Notes: generated by a model from the sequence alone, not told the origin. A DNA stretch of 64,000 nucleotides from Candidatus Eiseniibacteriota bacterium (GCA_963744995.1 CAVUWA010000001.1:1-64000), one strand, 5' to 3'. Positions 7,546 to 19,643 are shown, counted from the stretch's first letter. Numbers and translations: made by a program.

Positions 7546-9795
7546 CTACCTGAGCAGCATCACCTTCTCCGTGACCGCACCGGCTCCCGCCTGCAGCCGG
7601 ATCAGGTACACGCCCGCCGCCGGACGGACGCCGTCCGCGGCCAGGCCGTCCCACTCCACCCGGTGCGTGCCCGCGGCGAGCGGACCGTCCACCAGCCGGC
7701 GCACGCGGCGACCGGAGAGGTCGAACACCGCGAGCGAGACGTCGGCCGCATCCGCGGGCAGCGTGAAGCGCGCGCTCACCCGGCCCGCACTCGGGTTCGG
7801 GCCGGCCGCGAGCGACAGCCGCCCGCCACGCGTCGCACCCGGTCCGACGGCGACCGGGTTCGGCGCCTCGTAGGTCACGTACACCGGCCCGGTCCACACG
7901 CTGGCGTTGTCGGCCATGCGGATGCGCACGTAGTAGTGCGCCTCGATGCCCGGCGTCATCGGCTCCAGCTCACGCCATTCGAAGCGTGGACTGCCGCTGT
8001 TCCAGGCGATTCGTGTCGCCATGGCGCCGCCGGTGATGCCGCGGAACAGATCGATCCCCACCACGGCATCGCCGATGTCGGGGTCCATGACATCCACTGC
8101 GATGCGCACGCCGGAATCGGCAGCGAAGGCATCGCCCATGGGATGGCCGTCGGCCGAGAAATGCACGATCACGTTGTGGTCCTGGGTCGCATAGGTGTGG
8201 CGCGCGGCCATCGCGTTCAGGATGTCGGTGCGGGTGAGCGCGGGCGCCAGCACCGCGGTGCGGCTCTCGCTGGACGAGCCCCAGTTGGCGTGATGGTTGT
8301 CCTGATCTCCGGTGGGCGAGACGCGGAAGCCCTGCTGCAGCGCCGCCTGGAACTCGTCGTCGAAGCCGGTGTTGCCGATATCGGACTCGGTGGTCGAGAC
8401 GGACTGCGCCGGGCCGTTGACCAGCGCCATCAGGTGGACGTTGGCGAGTCCGTTCGCGGTGATCTGGAAGTTGTCGAAGTCCGAAGCGCCCGGATGCGCC
8501 CACTCCATGCAGACCGGATTCGTGGCCGGCGGGTTCGCGGCCACCGCGTTGTAGAGCCCCGCGTAGTCGCCCTCGGCGACGTAGACGTCGTACTGGCCCG
8601 GATCCCAGCCGAACAGCACCGGCGCCATGTAGACGTTCACGTGCCCGTTGGCGGCGAGCCCCCACTCCTGTCCCCAGATCGCCACGAACTGCCCGTCCTC
8701 GTTCGCCGCGTTCGCGGCAGCCATCAGCGGCGCGTAGTTCGCCAGCGACATGCCGGCGCTCACGTGGTTGTGTTCGGTGACGGCGAGGAAGTCGAGCGGC
8801 GTCGGCGCGGTGTTGCGCGCGTAGGCGAACGCGTCCACCGGCGTCTGCACGCCGTCCGAATAGCCGGTGTGCGAGTGCAGGTTGCCGAAGTACGTCTGCA
8901 GCCCGACGTCGGCCGACATCGGCGTTCCGGCGTGCGGCTGCGTCGAGGGGCTGTTGGACACGCCGCTCGTGTTGGGCACCTCGTCCTGCGTCTCGATGGC
9001 GAAGAAGTAGGTCGAGTCCGGATCCATGCCGAACACGTAGAGCGTCTCGGCTTCGCCGCCCGTGCGCGGCAGCGGCGTGTTGATCCAGTGCTCGAGATCC
9101 GCCGAGGCGTCGAAGTTGCCGGAGTTGATCGGCACGTTCGACACGCGGATCACGTAGTCGCTCGCCTGGCCGGCCGGGCCGTCGTCACCTGCCGCGGTCC
9201 AGGTGAGACGCACCTCGCCCGGAAAATCGCCCGGCGCCGCGTCGAGGTCGGCGATGTCGGAGGGCGGCGTCACGTCGCCGGTCGCGCCGTTCGATCCGCA
9301 CAGCGACGGCGCGCGCCAGTCGAAGTTGCCCGTCCCGTTCGGCAGGGCCGCCCACACCATGTCGACCTGCAGGCTGGCGCTCGGGTACTGCACGAAGTGC
9401 ACCACGTTCGGCGTCAGGGTGCGGTCGGAGATCAGATAGACGTCGTCGCCGCCGTTGTTGAGCCACGCCGCGGTCGACGTGCCTTTCACCACCCGGAACT
9501 CGCCGGGGCCGATGATCGGATCGGTCGAGCAGGTCGGGTCGAAGTCTTCGGGAATCCGGCAGCGCACCGCGACCTGGTCGATGGTCGCGGCGTCGTCGAT
9601 CGCCCAGCCGGTGAGGTCCACCGGCGTGGTGCCGGCGTTGTAGATCTCGACGCGCTCGGTGCCGACGTCGTCACCGGACGGGTTCGGCAGGAGCTCGTTG
9701 ATGACGATCTGGGCGGCGGCCGCCGACGGCAGCAGGCCGATCAGGGCGCAGGCGGCAACGACGGCAGACAGGCGTACAGCGGGGAAACGGCCCAT
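7546..9795 (-). CDS. Secreted lamin-tail domain + FN3-like + PHP-like (CehA/McbA-type) metallohydrolase + FlgD-Ig C-terminal domain
   Basis: IVINELLPNP..E.VEIYN (LTD); LTWTAAGDDG; GNLHSHTGYSDG, AVTEHNH, AHP, DNH (PHP); C-terminal FDLSGRRVRRL..WDG..GVYLIRL. Confidence 0.85.
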   Translation of the reverse strand: MGRFPAVRLSAVVAACALIGLLPSAAAAQIVINELLPNPSGDDVGTERVEIYNAGTTPVDLTGWAIDDAATIDQVAVRCRIPEDFDPTCSTDPIIGPGEFRVVKGTSTAAWLNNGGDDVYLISDRTLTPNVVHFVQYPSASLQVDMVWAALPNGTGNFDWRAPSLCGSNGATGDVTPPSDIADLDAAPGDFPGEVRLTWTAAGDDGPAGQASDYVIRVSNVPINSGNFDASADLEHWINTPLPRTGGEAETLYVFGMDPDSTYFFAIETQDEVPNTSGVSNSPSTQPHAGTPMSADVGLQTYFGNLHSHTGYSDGVQTPVDAFAYARNTAPTPLDFLAVTEHNHVSAGMSLANYAPLMAAANAANEDGQFVAIWGQEWGLAANGHVNVYMAPVLFGWDPGQYDVYVAEGDYAGLYNAVAANPPATNPVCMEWAHPGASDFDNFQITANGLANVHLMALVNGPAQSVSTTESDIGNTGFDDEFQAALQQGFRVSPTGDQDNHHANWGSSSESRTAVLAPALTRTDILNAMAARHTYATQDHNVIVHFSADGHPMGDAFAADSGVRIAVDVMDPDIGDAVVGIDLFRGITGGAMATRIAWNSGSPRFEWRELEPMTPGIEAHYYVRIRMADNASVWTGPVYVTYEAPNPVAVGPGATRGGRLSLAAGPNPSAGRVSARFTLPADAADVSLAVFDLSGRRVRRLVDGPLAAGTHRVEWDGLAADGVRPAAGVYLIRLQAGAGAVTEKVMLLR

Positions 9796-9904
9796 CGGGG
9801 AGGGCCTCCTCGGGTGTGGGGTCGGGGTGTGGAAAATGCCAGCGAAGAGCCTAACAGGTCCGGGTGCCGTTCTGCAGGCCGGTTCACGGCATTGCGCGGC
9901 GGCT

Positions 9905-10688
9905 TCAGAAGCGGAATCGGACCCCGAGTCCCGGACCGCCGCCGGCGTCCGGCACCGCCCGCCACTCGAGCCCCGCGCGGGCCGTCACCACCCGGCCGAC
10001 CAGAATGCCGAGCGCCGCGCCGCCCACCACGTCGGAGAAGTAGTGCTTGCGGTCTTCCATGCGGCTGAGTCCGACGAGCGTGGCGGCGCCGTAGGCCGGC
10101 CACGCCATGCGCGGGCCGAAGCGCGCGCCGAGGATCGTCGCCGTCGCGAACGAGCCCGAAGTGTGCCCCGAAGGGAACGACAGCCGATCCGAGCCGTCCG
10201 GGCGGCGGCGGCCGGTCGCGAGCTTCAGCGCCAGCGTGACGGCGCCGTCGGCGAGCAGGCCTTCGGTGAGGGTGCCGCCCAGCGCCTCGGCCCCCGCATG
10301 ACCGCCCACGCGTCCGGCGAGCCACAGCGTGGCCGCACCTGCCGTGAGCGCGAAACCGTTGCCCAGGGTGTTGGCCGCGCCGGAGACCCCTTCGCCGAGC
10401 AGGTGATCGGTGCCCCGCTCCCAGCGGGCCGGCGCATCGAGACTGAAGCTCGGCGGCGGTGAGCGCCATGCCGACCAAGAGCTTTGCTGTGCTGATGCGG
10501 CCGAGTTCGCAGGCACCGATATCCGCATGCGTCGTTGGTTCCGCGTGATTCCCGATCGTGTCCGCCGGGGCTGGACCCGCGCGCGCGGCCGTGGCCAAGA
10601 ATCCGAGGCAGGATAGGGTGGCGACGAAGACCCGGGGGGAGATTCGTGACGCGCGGCAGGCAACTCCCTGAGTGGGCTCGATCACCAT
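9905..10688 (-). pseudogene. PAP2-family phosphatase, frameshifted near 10451 (real lesion or sequencing error)
   Basis: Catalytic motifs K...GRRRP, SFPSGH and SRMEDRKHYFSDV in one frame. The signal-peptide N-terminus starts at ATG 10688 (overlapping the upstream stop) in another frame; one indel joins ...GMALTAA to SFSLDAP. Confidence 0.75.
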
Positions 10689-11473
10689 GTGCGCGAAATC
10701 CCCGGATGAATGAGCACGGCACCCTGATTGTCGAGGCTCAGCCCGATGGAATACGTGAGCCCACCCGTAGCGTGGTACCTCATGCCGGCCGCCCCCACGA
10801 ATTCCGCCCCTCCAATCTCCGGCGTGAGCGCACTCTCGCCAGTCGTCATCGCTCCGTCAGCCTGTTCGGCGAGCGCGGCAGTACTCCCGAAAGTCTCCGC
10901 CACAAGATCAAACCGCTCGCCGAGGCGGTACTCGCCTGCGAGGGCCAAGCTCAGCGTATTGTTCACGGCCACACCGGCCGGGTGACCGACGATCGTGTAG
11001 CCTGCGTTTGCGTGCACATCCAATCGTCCCCAACGCTTGCTCGCCACGAGATACCCCGTGAAATCGGTTTTGCCGGAGCCAATCCGCCGATTGCGGGCGG
11101 TGGGGATCTTTACTTCGCCCGCGATAGCCAGCGCCGGGTGGTCCGCCGTTTCAGACCACATCAGATGTGTGACAGTACCCTCGATGTCGCCCAGCCCCTT
11201 CTGCCCCGGCAGACCCTTGTCCTGCACCAGATCGAAGAACACCGGCTCGACCAGAATCTCGGTGCGCCTTGTCAGGCCATACTCCAGCGCAAACGGAACC
11301 GCCAACTCGCTACCCCCGGACGACATCTGACGTTCGATCCCCGCATCGAGGTCGAACTGCCCTCTCTCGAGCGTGCGCGCCGTTTCCGTCTCCAGCGGTT
11401 GACCGGCACGAACTATAACTGGAATAGCGACAAGAGGAACTGCCAAGACTAGTGCCAGCCACGATCGGTTCAT
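10682..11473 (-). CDS. Putative outer-membrane beta-barrel transporter (MetA/phenol-degradation-like family)
   Basis: AGGAGG RBS, signal peptide, PLETETARTL..G, GLGDIE, KIPTA..IGSGKTD, alternating beta-strands, C-terminal W. Confidence 0.7.
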   Translation of the reverse strand: MNRSWLALVLAVPLVAIPVIVRAGQPLETETARTLERGQFDLDAGIERQMSSGGSELAVPFALEYGLTRRTEILVEPVFFDLVQDKGLPGQKGLGDIEGTVTHLMWSETADHPALAIAGEVKIPTARNRRIGSGKTDFTGYLVASKRWGRLDVHANAGYTIVGHPAGVAVNNTLSLALAGEYRLGERFDLVAETFGSTAALAEQADGAMTTGESALTPEIGGAEFVGAAGMRYHATGGLTYSIGLSLDNQGAVLIHPGISRTW

Positions 11474-11514
11474 TGATATCCTCCTGAAGAGCCCGCTGAT
11501 CCACGCGGAAGTGG

Positions 11515-12696
11515 TCATTGAAGTCCGGATTGGGACTTCGATGCGTCCATCGCTGCGAACCCCCCGGGAAGGCGGGCGAGAGAGCCTGTCCACGGCTCTA
11601 CAACGCCGCTCACCTTCCTGGTCGCCACGGAAGGCACGGTTGCCGGGCCCCCCAACCGCACCCAAGGCCAGCGATCGAACAACTGCAGCGGGGACGCAGC
11701 TGCGGGTTGCCTCTGCACGAAGCACTCACGCCAGTGTTCGTCCGGCGCAAGAACCGTCACTCGGGCATCGCGGCCAACCGGGCGAAACAACAGCCGGCAA
11801 ACGCTCGCCGGATCGTTCGTGGCACCGAAGGCAAGCGCGCGCGGCACACGCAGATCATCGAGCTGCACCGCCGCCACCCGACCGGGCCCGACCAGGGCGA
11901 AGCGGAACTTTCCCCGGCGGCGACCGCGCAGACGCATTACTAGGTCCCACACGCCGCGAGTGCGGGCCCCCTTACCATTCAATTCCTCGCCAGCCCCGAA
12001 CGCCGCGCCGGCATCCAGAAAGAACTCCTGTCTATGCACAAATCGCATCATGAAACGACGTCGAAGACGAAGCTGCGATCGGTGGCACTCGAGGGCTCGC
12101 TGCTTTGCGTCGCGATCGCAGGGACGCGGAACATGCACCCAGGCGTGCGCAGGCAACGAATTCGTCCACTGCGGATGGATCTGGTATTCGATGACATTCG
12201 GTGGGTGACGACGCGGCTCGACCGACCAGAGCGCGGCTCTCAGGAGCATCGCCGTGGCGCTGTGATCGGGATGAAGGTCCGAGAACGAGGGTACGATCAG
12301 GAGATCCGGCTGATCTGCGCGCAATACCTCGACGAATCTCGCGATCGTCACCTCCGGCGAGTTCTCCACAAGGCGGGTGACGCCCTGATCCGGCAGCGCC
12401 ATGAAACGAATGCCCTCGCGGCCCACGCCGAGCTCAGCCAGCGCCGCCACCGCCTCTCCCCTCCGTAGTCGCCCCCAGCGTGCCCGTTCGGCTGGTCCGA
12501 TGTGCCAGCGCCACTCGTGGGCGCGCTGCGCCCACGGGTTGTTGTCGCCGTCGGTCAGAAAGACCACGCGAACGGACTTTTCTGCGGAGGTCCACCGATG
12601 CAGCAGGCCCCCGGCCGCGAGAGTTTCGTCGTCGGGGTGGGGAGCAAAGACCATGACCCTTCCGGCGTCCTCCAGATGCCGGCTGAGGTCGTTCAC
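11515..12696 (-). CDS. PIG-L/LmbE family de-N-acetylase
   Basis: FAPHPDDETL, LTDGD, RRGEA..A, DLHPDH, K..ALECHRSQ. Confidence 0.85.
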   Translation of the reverse strand: MNDLSRHLEDAGRVMVFAPHPDDETLAAGGLLHRWTSAEKSVRVVFLTDGDNNPWAQRAHEWRWHIGPAERARWGRLRRGEAVAALAELGVGREGIRFMALPDQGVTRLVENSPEVTIARFVEVLRADQPDLLIVPSFSDLHPDHSATAMLLRAALWSVEPRRHPPNVIEYQIHPQWTNSLPAHAWVHVPRPCDRDAKQRALECHRSQLRLRRRFMMRFVHRQEFFLDAGAAFGAGEELNGKGARTRGVWDLVMRLRGRRRGKFRFALVGPGRVAAVQLDDLRVPRALAFGATNDPASVCRLLFRPVGRDARVTVLAPDEHWRECFVQRQPAAASPLQLFDRWPWVRLGGPATVPSVATRKVSGVVEPWTGSLARLPGGFAAMDASKSQSGLQ

Positions 12697-14372
12697 CGGC
12701 GGGCCTCCCCGAAGAGAGCCCGCAGTGCATCCCGTTGGACTGCTCCCGCCCAGATCGCGACGACGTTGCTCTCGCCGGCACGGGGGAAGTAGCGATGCGT
12801 TCCTGCGCTGAGCCAGCGGGGACCCCGGTACGGCGTGCCGTCGAGGCTCCCGGAGGCACTCCTGCCGTCCGCGATGATCGCAAAGGAGTCGGGACGGCTG
12901 ACGTCGAATGCGGGATCCGCCGAAGCGCCGGAAGCGGTCGTGCTCAGTTCCGCTCCGAGGACCCGGATCGATCCCAGGGGAATGAAATGCGTGTCGAGGA
13001 AACGGCGCACCTCCGCGGGGAATGCGTGGCTGTCAGGCACCGCGAAGTGGGCTCCCGTGCGCTCGAGGTCCGTGACGATTGGATCCGGGAGCAGCCCTCG
13101 AGCGATGCGAAACTTGGTTACGCCCTCGAGCACGAGGCGCGTGGCGCGGCGGCGAAAGACCGTTTCACCCTTTTCGTCGAGGATGCGATCGCCCGGGCGC
13201 GTAAACCTGAGCACGTCCGCGAGCAGTGCGCGTTCGTCAGCCGTTCCGTCTCGCCAGAGCGGTTCCGCCCGGATCACCATCAGGCTGCCCCACGCTGCGG
13301 CGAGAACCAGCGTGACGTTTCCGATTGCACGCGGCGACATCCGCAGGGCGATCGGCGCCATGTTTACGCGCAGCTTCTCGAAGACGCCCACGCCCAGGAT
13401 CACCACCAGCGGCGTCGAGGGCAGGAAATCCTGGCGCGTGATCAGCGGCCAGAACGCGCCGAGTGAACAGAGGTAGAAACCCGTGACGAGGAACAACGCA
13501 GCCTGTCGCAGGCTGCGCTCCGCACCGCGCCCTAGCCGGATCCAGCGCGCCGCGAGCCACGGCAGGGCCACGAGCGCCACCGGGAACAGCATGGGCCGCC
13601 ACGGCTGCCTGCTCCAGAATCCCAGCCCGCCGACGACGTTGTGGGTGACGGTGCAGCGGATCATCGCGGAGAACCCGTGCAGCGCCAGCAACAGGGCCGC
13701 GCAGGCCGCGGGGACCGCCAGCAGGCCCGCGGCCGCCGCCAGCGCGACGTGTCGCGAACCGAACGGCCGTTGCCACGTCGCGGATCGGCCCCGCAGCCGG
13801 AACAGGACTGCGGCCGCCAGTGCGAGCGCCAGCAGCATGAGGAGGGTCTTCAAGGACGTCGCGAAGGCCGCACCCAGGAACAGCGCCCCGAGGAATGCAC
13901 GGCACGCGTCGAGAGGCCTGCCCAGCAGGAACACCAGCGAGAGCGGCCACAGCGCCATCCACAGGATGTCGGCGCGAAATTCGGATGAAACGAACAGGAA
14001 TCCCGGGACAAAGCCGATGGACAGCACGGCCCCCCATGCGACCTCCCGCGAGAAGGCGTCGCGCGCGATACGGAACATCGCCCAGCCCGCCACCAGGAGC
14101 CACGGCCACATGAGAAACCGGGCGAGCCGGACCGCGTCCGGCCGTTCGCCCACGAAGGTCACGAGCGGCGCCATCAGCAGGTGGAACAGCGGCGCGTGGT
14201 TGTCGAAGATGTCCCGGTACTGCACGAGGCCGCGGGTCCACTCGATCACGACGTGGAGATGCTGCGGTTCATCCGAATCGACGGCGTGGTGCAGCGTGCT
14301 CGCCAGACGCAGTACGACGGCAACCACGGCCACCGCCGCAACAGCCAGCCTGCTCATCCAGCGCGCCCTCAA
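12693..14372 (-). CDS. GT-C (ArnT/PMT-like, family 39-type) integral membrane glycosyltransferase
   Basis: TTG start after AGGAGGAGG; DSDEPQH after TM1, YRDIFDNHAPLF, EFRAD, many TM helices, C-terminal periplasmic domain. Confidence 0.7.
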   Translation of the reverse strand: MRARWMSRLAVAAVAVVAVVLRLASTLHHAVDSDEPQHLHVVIEWTRGLVQYRDIFDNHAPLFHLLMAPLVTFVGERPDAVRLARFLMWPWLLVAGWAMFRIARDAFSREVAWGAVLSIGFVPGFLFVSSEFRADILWMALWPLSLVFLLGRPLDACRAFLGALFLGAAFATSLKTLLMLLALALAAAVLFRLRGRSATWQRPFGSRHVALAAAAGLLAVPAACAALLLALHGFSAMIRCTVTHNVVGGLGFWSRQPWRPMLFPVALVALPWLAARWIRLGRGAERSLRQAALFLVTGFYLCSLGAFWPLITRQDFLPSTPLVVILGVGVFEKLRVNMAPIALRMSPRAIGNVTLVLAAAWGSLMVIRAEPLWRDGTADERALLADVLRFTRPGDRILDEKGETVFRRRATRLVLEGVTKFRIARGLLPDPIVTDLERTGAHFAVPDSHAFPAEVRRFLDTHFIPLGSIRVLGAELSTTASGASADPAFDVSRPDSFAIIADGRSASGSLDGTPYRGPRWLSAGTHRYFPRAGESNVVAIWAGAVQRDALRALFGEARR

Positions 14373-14598
14373 TCTTCCTCCTCCTGACTTCGTGCGGATG
14401 GGCGACGGTCTTGATGCTCCCTCTGCTCCCGGAGAGAGCCACGCGTCGTCCGCATGCACAGGAGATACACGACTCCGGAAGGCTGGTTCCTCTTGTATCA
14501 GGCCGGACTGAACGGGAACCAAACGGAGGGTAGTCGCGGCTGTGGAGCGTTCCTGCAGCAAGGAGGAAGCGCGCCACGGCGGAGCACGGCTGCACGAC

Positions 14599-15964
14599 TC
14601 AGGCGCGGCGCGGAGCTCCCGCGGCATCATCGTCTTTGGCGGCTTGTGAGGCTTGCCAGAGCGGAAGCCGCAGCTCGAACCGCGCACCACCAAGCAGAGA
14701 CCGCGATACGGCGACGTCCCCACCGTGCACGAGCGCAATCCGCTTGAGAATCGGCAAGCCGAGCCCGAATCCGTCGTGCGAGGCGCGTGCTTCACCGCCA
14801 CGGAAGAAGGGATCGAAAACCCGCCCGCGCTCGGCGGCCCCGATCCCGGGCCCCGCGTCCTCGACGACCAGCACGCCCGCGTCCGCTTCCCGCGCGACGC
14901 GGACCCGCACGGCGTCACCCGCTCGGGTGAACTTCACGGCGTTGGACAGGAGGTTCCGGACCCCCGCGCCGAGCAGCGTCGCACTGCCCGCCACCAGAAT
15001 TTCGTCGCTCTCGATGCTGGCGCTCACGTCCGCCGTGCGCTCCGGCACCCGCCGCACGATCTCGTTCACGAGGTCCACGGCGAGGTCTCCCAAATTCAGG
15101 CAACGCATCCCGTCGACGCCGCGCATGTTCAGCCTGCCGCAGCAGCAGAAGCGCGTCCACCAGCTCGTTGATTCCGCGCGCCTGCTCGAGTGCCTGTTCA
15201 GTCCGCGCCGCTGCGCCTGCGGCATGGCGCGATCGGTGAGCGCGTGCTCGATTTCTCCCGAAATCACGGTAAGCGGCGTCAGCAACTCGTGGCGGCGTCC
15301 TGCGAGAAGTGGCGCTCAGCAGTGAGCATATCGTCGAGCCGCTGCAGCAGCCGATTGAAACTCGCCGCCAGGCGCTGGATCTCCGCTGGATCACCCGGAC
15401 CCCCGAGGGGAGTCACCGCACCACTCTTCGAGGCGCGGTCGGCCTGGGCAGTCATCACCGTCAGTGGACGGAGCGCGCGGCGTGCGACGGTCCGGCTGCC
15501 GAATGTGACGAGCAAGAGCAGCGGAATGGCCGCAATCGCGAGTGCGGCGATCAACGCATCGACCGCGGCGTGGCGCGCGCGGGTCGATACGAACACGAAG
15601 AAGTAGCACGCCTGAGGCAGGTTACGCTGATCCACATTCGGTGTTCCGTCTCGGCGCGCTGTGGAGGGCGCATGTTGGACGCCACCACCACCCCGGTGGA
15701 ATCGTGGAACTCCACCTGTACGCCAGGCGGAATGCCTTCTTCGAGGACAGCCCGGATCGCTGCGCCAAAGCTACCCTCTTCCCGCCACTCTCGCTTCACC
15801 GCCTCGGCCACCTGGTCGCCCGCCCGAGCGAGGTCCAGCCGCTCCTGCCGCTCAAGTGTGACACGCGTCAACCACACCGCGGAGAGTGCGAATGTCACGA
15901 TGATTCCGAGGGTCAGCAGCTGCTGCAGGAGCGCGAGCCGGGCGACGAGCGAGCGCGGCGTCAC
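14599..15964 (-). pseudogene. HAMP-HisKA-HATPase sensor histidine kinase, multiply frameshifted
   Basis: Fragments across frames: TM1, TM2-HAMP (ALRPL..EIQRLAASFNRLL), H-box DAA[H]ELLTPL, NLLSNAVKF, EDAGPGI, FDPFFRG, GFGLGL. Confidence 0.85.
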
Positions 15965-16630
15965 GAACGCAACTTGAACACGAACCCCTCGCCGCGCACC
16001 GTGCGATGCTCATGACACCCTCAGGGGAAGCAATCTTGCGGCGCAGCCTGCTGAGGATGACGTCGAGGCTCTCCGAAGAAGTGCGTTCCGAGTTGCCCCA
16101 GAGGGTCTCGAGTAGAAAGGTGCGCCGCACGATTCGGCCCGCGTGCGAGGTCATCACTTCCAGCACAGCCACTCGCGCGCCGTCAGCGGCACTTCGGTCC
16201 GTCGCGCTCGAGCCGCCGGGCCGCGATATCGATCGACATCGCACCCGCGACGATCCGGGCGGCAGGCGCGCGTGATGGCGCCGCGCCAGCGCGCGCAAGC
16301 GGGCCTGCAGCTCGGCGAGCGCGAACGGCTTTCGCATGTAGTCGTCGGCGCTCGCATCGAGGCCCTCGATGCGCTGGGCGACGTCGATGCGAGCGGTCAG
16401 GGAGAGAATCGGCGTCTCGATTCCGGTTTCGCGACGCGGCGGCATACCTGCAGGCCATCGCCGTCCGGCAGCATGAGGTCGAGCACGATGACGTCGATCT
16501 CCTCTTCGAGCGCGAGACGCGTTCCCGTGGCCACGCGGGCGGCCGTGACGACCTCGATGCCCGCGTCCCCCAGCGATCGCGTGAGCAGATCGCGGGTGGG
16601 ACCGCTGTCTTCGACGATGAGTACGCGCAT
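15961..16630 (-). pseudogene. OmpR/PhoB-family response regulator, multiply frameshifted
   Basis: MRVLIVED..IVLDLMLPDGDG / PILSLTAR..GLDASADDY.RKPF..EL.AR / LTARE / LWG..LDV.LSRLRRK / TVRGEGF, split over frames. Confidence 0.85.
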
Positions 16631-16633
16631 CGA

Positions 16634-19600
16634 TCACCTCCCGTCCGATGTCCGACAGGGCCAGCAGCGATGGCAGCGCCAGCAGCAGCAGGAAGGCGGA
16701 GGTGACGATACCGCCGACCACGGCGATCGCCAGCGGCTTCAGCAGCGCGCTGCCTGCGCCGATCCCCAGCGCCAGCGGTGCAAGAGCGGCGACGCCGGCT
16801 AGCGTCGTCATCAGCACCGGCCGCGCGCGGCGCCTGGCTGCGGCCGTCGCAGCGTCTGGCGGCGTCATGCCGGACCCGAGGTAGCTCCGATAGGCGTGCA
16901 CGACGAAGTAGGCGTTTTCCGCGACGATGCCGACGATCATGATCGCGCCCACATAGCTGGAGATGTTGAACGTCGCTCCGCCCAGGTGCAGCGCCCCGAG
17001 CACGCCGGCCAACGAGCCCAGAACCACGAGCAGTACGGCGGCCACCATACCCCAGGACCTGAACGAAATGAGCAGAATGAGCATCACCAGCACCGAAGCG
17101 AACAGCAGGACCCGCATCAGGCCCCGGAACGAGCTCTGCTGCTGCGCGAAGAGTCCGCCGTATTCGACGTGCACCTGCGCGGGTAGCGCGAGCGACCGTC
17201 GCATCCGGCGGCGGATGTCGCTCATGGCGGAGCCCAGGTCGCGGCCGGCAAGTCGTGCGCTGACCGCCACCATGGTGCGCAGGTTGTCGCGGGTGATCTC
17301 GGTTTCCCCTCCGAGCGTGGTCACTTTCGCCACGGCCCCCAAAGCGAGCGCCGGCCCGTTGCCGGTCGGAACCGGAAGCCGTTCGATGGCCGACCGACCG
17401 CTGGCGGCGGGCGGCATCGGGATCGTCACCCGGATCGGCCACGCGCGGACGCCGCGCTGGATCGCGCCGGCGTCGATGCCGCTGACCGCCGGGCGCGCCG
17501 CCGCGGCGATGTCGGCGGCCTTGAGGCCGAGCCGGTCGGCGGTGGCGTTCGGCTCGAATATCAGGCCCGGCCCGCTGACCACCACCCCGTCTCTCACGTC
17601 GACCACGCCCGGGATCGTCGCGATCAGGTCGGCGACGCGCCGGCCGAGGCTCTCCACCAGGGCGCGGTCTTCGCTGAAGAGGCGGATCTCGATCGGCTGC
17701 GGGCTCGTGGTGAGATCGCCCACGACGTCCTCGATCAGCTGACCGAACTCCACTTCGAGCGCCGGCTCCACGCGCGCGACCCGGGTTCGCAGCTCGTCCG
17801 CGACTTCCTCGGCGCTTCGATCACGGTGCTTGCGGAGCCGCAGCACGTAGTCACCCGTGTTGGGCTCGGTGATGAAGAAGCCGAGCTGCGTGCCAGTGCG
17901 TCTCGACCAGGACGCGATCTCGGGGGTCCGCTCGATCTCCTGCTCGACGATCTGCAGCATGTGGTCCGTCGCCTCGAGCGACGTCCCGGGCGGGGAAACG
18001 TAGTCCATGATCAGCGAGCCCTCGTCCATCGCGGGAAGGAACTCGCTGCCGAGCGTTCCCTGCAGCGGTACCGCGACGCCGATCGCCACCACGACCATGG
18101 CCGGCCCGAACCACTTTCGTCGCACGGCAAAACCCAGCGCCCGCTCGAACCACGGGTGTGTCACCCGGCCGCGGTCCACCTTCGCCTCGCCCGGGATCAG
18201 CAGAGGGACCACCGTCAGACACAGCACGAGGGACGACGCCAGCATCCACGCCATCGACAAGGTCAGTACCTTGAAGAACGCGCCCGCGACGCCGTCGAGG
18301 AACACGAACGGCAGGAGGATCGCCAGCGTGCACAGGCTCGACCCGACGAGCACGGGAGCAATTTCGCTCACGGCCGCCGCGCGCGAATAGTGGCTGGCCC
18401 CCGACATCCGCACGCGCACGTGCTCCACCACGACGATCGCGTCGTCGAGCACGAGCCCGACGGCGGCCGCTATCCCACCGAGCGTCATCATGTCCAGCGA
18501 CTGGCCGCCGAGTTGCAGGCCGACGAGCGTCATCGCGATGCTGCCCGGCAGGATCACCGCGGCGGCCAGACCCATCCTGACGTTCTGCAGAAACAGAATG
18601 ACGATGATCGCTGCCAGCACCACGCCGACGAGCAGGCTGTCGCGCACGCTCAGGATGGACGCGTGGACGAGCTCGGACTGGTCGTAGAACGTCTCGATGT
18701 GCGTGCCCGGGGGCAGCAGCCGGCGGTTGTGGGCGAACCAGGCGTGCGCCGCATCCGAAATCTCGATCGCGCTTGCAGAGGGACGCCGCATCAGGTTGAT
18801 CAGGACCGCCTCGCGCGAGTGCGCCCGGAAGCGCACGTACTCGGGCGCATCCTCGAGTCGGATTCGGCCGAGCTGGTCCAGACGCACCGGCGGACCGCCT
18901 CGGACGGGAATCGCGAACGCCTTCAGCCGCTCGAGATCGGGGGCGCGCCCGTCCGCCAGCCCCAGATAGAACTCCGAATTCGCCTCGATCAGTCCGAAGG
19001 ATTCGAGCGACGCGCTGTTGCGGATCGCCTCCGCCACCGCGGCCGCGTCGAGACCGTGCGCGGCGAGCGCGGCCGGATCGAGCGTCACCCGCGCCTCCAG
19101 CTGCCGGCCGCCCTGAACGGCGACCTCGGCGACGCCCGGCAGCCGCGACAGCGCCGGATTGGCGACGAACAGGCCGAAGTCCCGCAGCTTGGCGAGCGAC
19201 GCCTGATCCGAGGTCAGCGAGAAGCCGACGATCGGGAACAGCGTCGGATTCATGAGGCGCGCCTCCAAGCTCGTCCCCGCAGGCAGCGTCGGACGCACGG
19301 TCTCGACCTCCCCCTGCACGCGCTGGAGCGCCAGGTTCATGTCGGTGTTCCACGAGCAGTCGAGATTGATCTCGGCGGAGCCGCGACTGGTCGTCGAGCG
19401 CACTTCGCGGACCCCCGGGACGCGGCGCACCGCGGTCTCAACGGGAATCGTCACGCGCCTGAGCATCACGTCGCTCGGCTGCTCCCCGGCATCCGCGATG
19501 ATCGTGATGCGCGGGAAGGTGATCTCCGGAAGGATGGAGTCGGGCATGCGCAGCGCGCTCGCCACGCCCGCGACCACCAAGGCGGCGAACAGAAACGCCA

Positions 19601-19643
19601 CGGCGCGGCGCTGCGACCAGACGCCTTCGAAGATCGTCTTCAC
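16634..19643 (-). CDS. RND efflux permease (AcrB/CusA superfamily); stop apparently lost by an indel near 16640
   Basis: GTG start overlapping the MFP stop; PEITFP, MTLGGIAAAVGLVLDDAIVVVE, FLPAMDEG, RRARPVLMTT, LKPLAIAVVGG. The 3' end is approximate. Confidence 0.88.
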
